From: Octopus vulgaris
Taxonomy: Eukaryota
Direction: 5' to 3'
Length of the DNA: 64,000 nucleotides
Assembly: GCA_951406725.2 (NCBI GenBank)
Contig: OX597820.1
Location: 114,266,001 to 114,330,000 of the forward strand
The notes under the pieces were generated by a model. It searched no databases and was not told where the DNA came from. It saw nothing but the letters and a program-made list of their open reading frames with translations. Position numbers and translations under genes: made by a program. This document shows, one piece after another, positions 63,660 through 64,000 of this stretch (within the stretch, counting starts at the first letter, position 1; each line of letters starts with the position of its first letter).

Positions 63660-64000
63660 CATCATCATCATCGTCATCATCATTTAACATCCGTTTTCCA
63701 TGCTGGCATGGGTTGGATGGATTGACTGAGGTCTGAAAAGCCAGCAGGCTGCACCAGGCTCCAATCTGATCTACAGCTGGATGCCCTTCCTAACACCAAC
63801 CACTCCAAGAGTGTAGTGGGTGCTTTTTACATGCCACTAGCAAGGGAGCCAGTCAGGCGGCCCTGGCATTGATCACATTTGGATGGTGCTTTTTACATGG
63901 CTCCAGCATGGGAGCCAATCAGGGGGCACTGGCAGTGACCACGTTAGGATAGTGCTTTTCATGTGCCACCAGTATGGGAGCCAGTCGGGTGGACGTGGCA
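63660..64000 (-). mobile_element. SINE family B with internal sub-repeats (runs off the window)
   Basis: (CAT)n then TTTAACATCCGTTTTCCATGCTGGCATGGGTTGG, with a repeated GTGCTTTT.ATG.G unit. Confidence 0.8.

Overview
AT-rich, repeat-dense animal genomic DNA. It is most likely from an octopus or other cephalopod, inferred from the tRNA-derived SINE families, the microsatellite load and the finger-only C2H2 genes. There are no prokaryotic features. Only two intact host CDSs are visible. Both are convergent C2H2 zinc-finger ORFs contained in one exon: 11312-11929 (+, 7 fingers) and 27589-28512 (-, 4+6 fingers), each with a candidate upstream non-coding first exon. The rest is transposon debris: four SINE families, RTE, CR1 and R4/Dong LINE fragments, a decayed Penelope-like element, Tc1/mariner elements, piggyBac-, hAT- and Sola-like MITEs, a non-autonomous Helitron and several fold-back elements. 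The points most worth follow-up are: (1) at least six short, near-identical local copies pasted 0.3-5 kb from their donors, some as patchworks; (2) head-to-tail SINE arrays and Dong insertions built on (ATT/AAT)n; (3) two degenerate hammerhead-like motifs; (4) a frameshifted relic finger upstream of the first ZNF start codon; (5) inverted repeats around both ZNF genes that could form dsRNA. I found no clear-cut novel multi-gene system. All family assignments come from motif recognition by eye, not from database searches, and repeat boundaries without TSDs are approximate.
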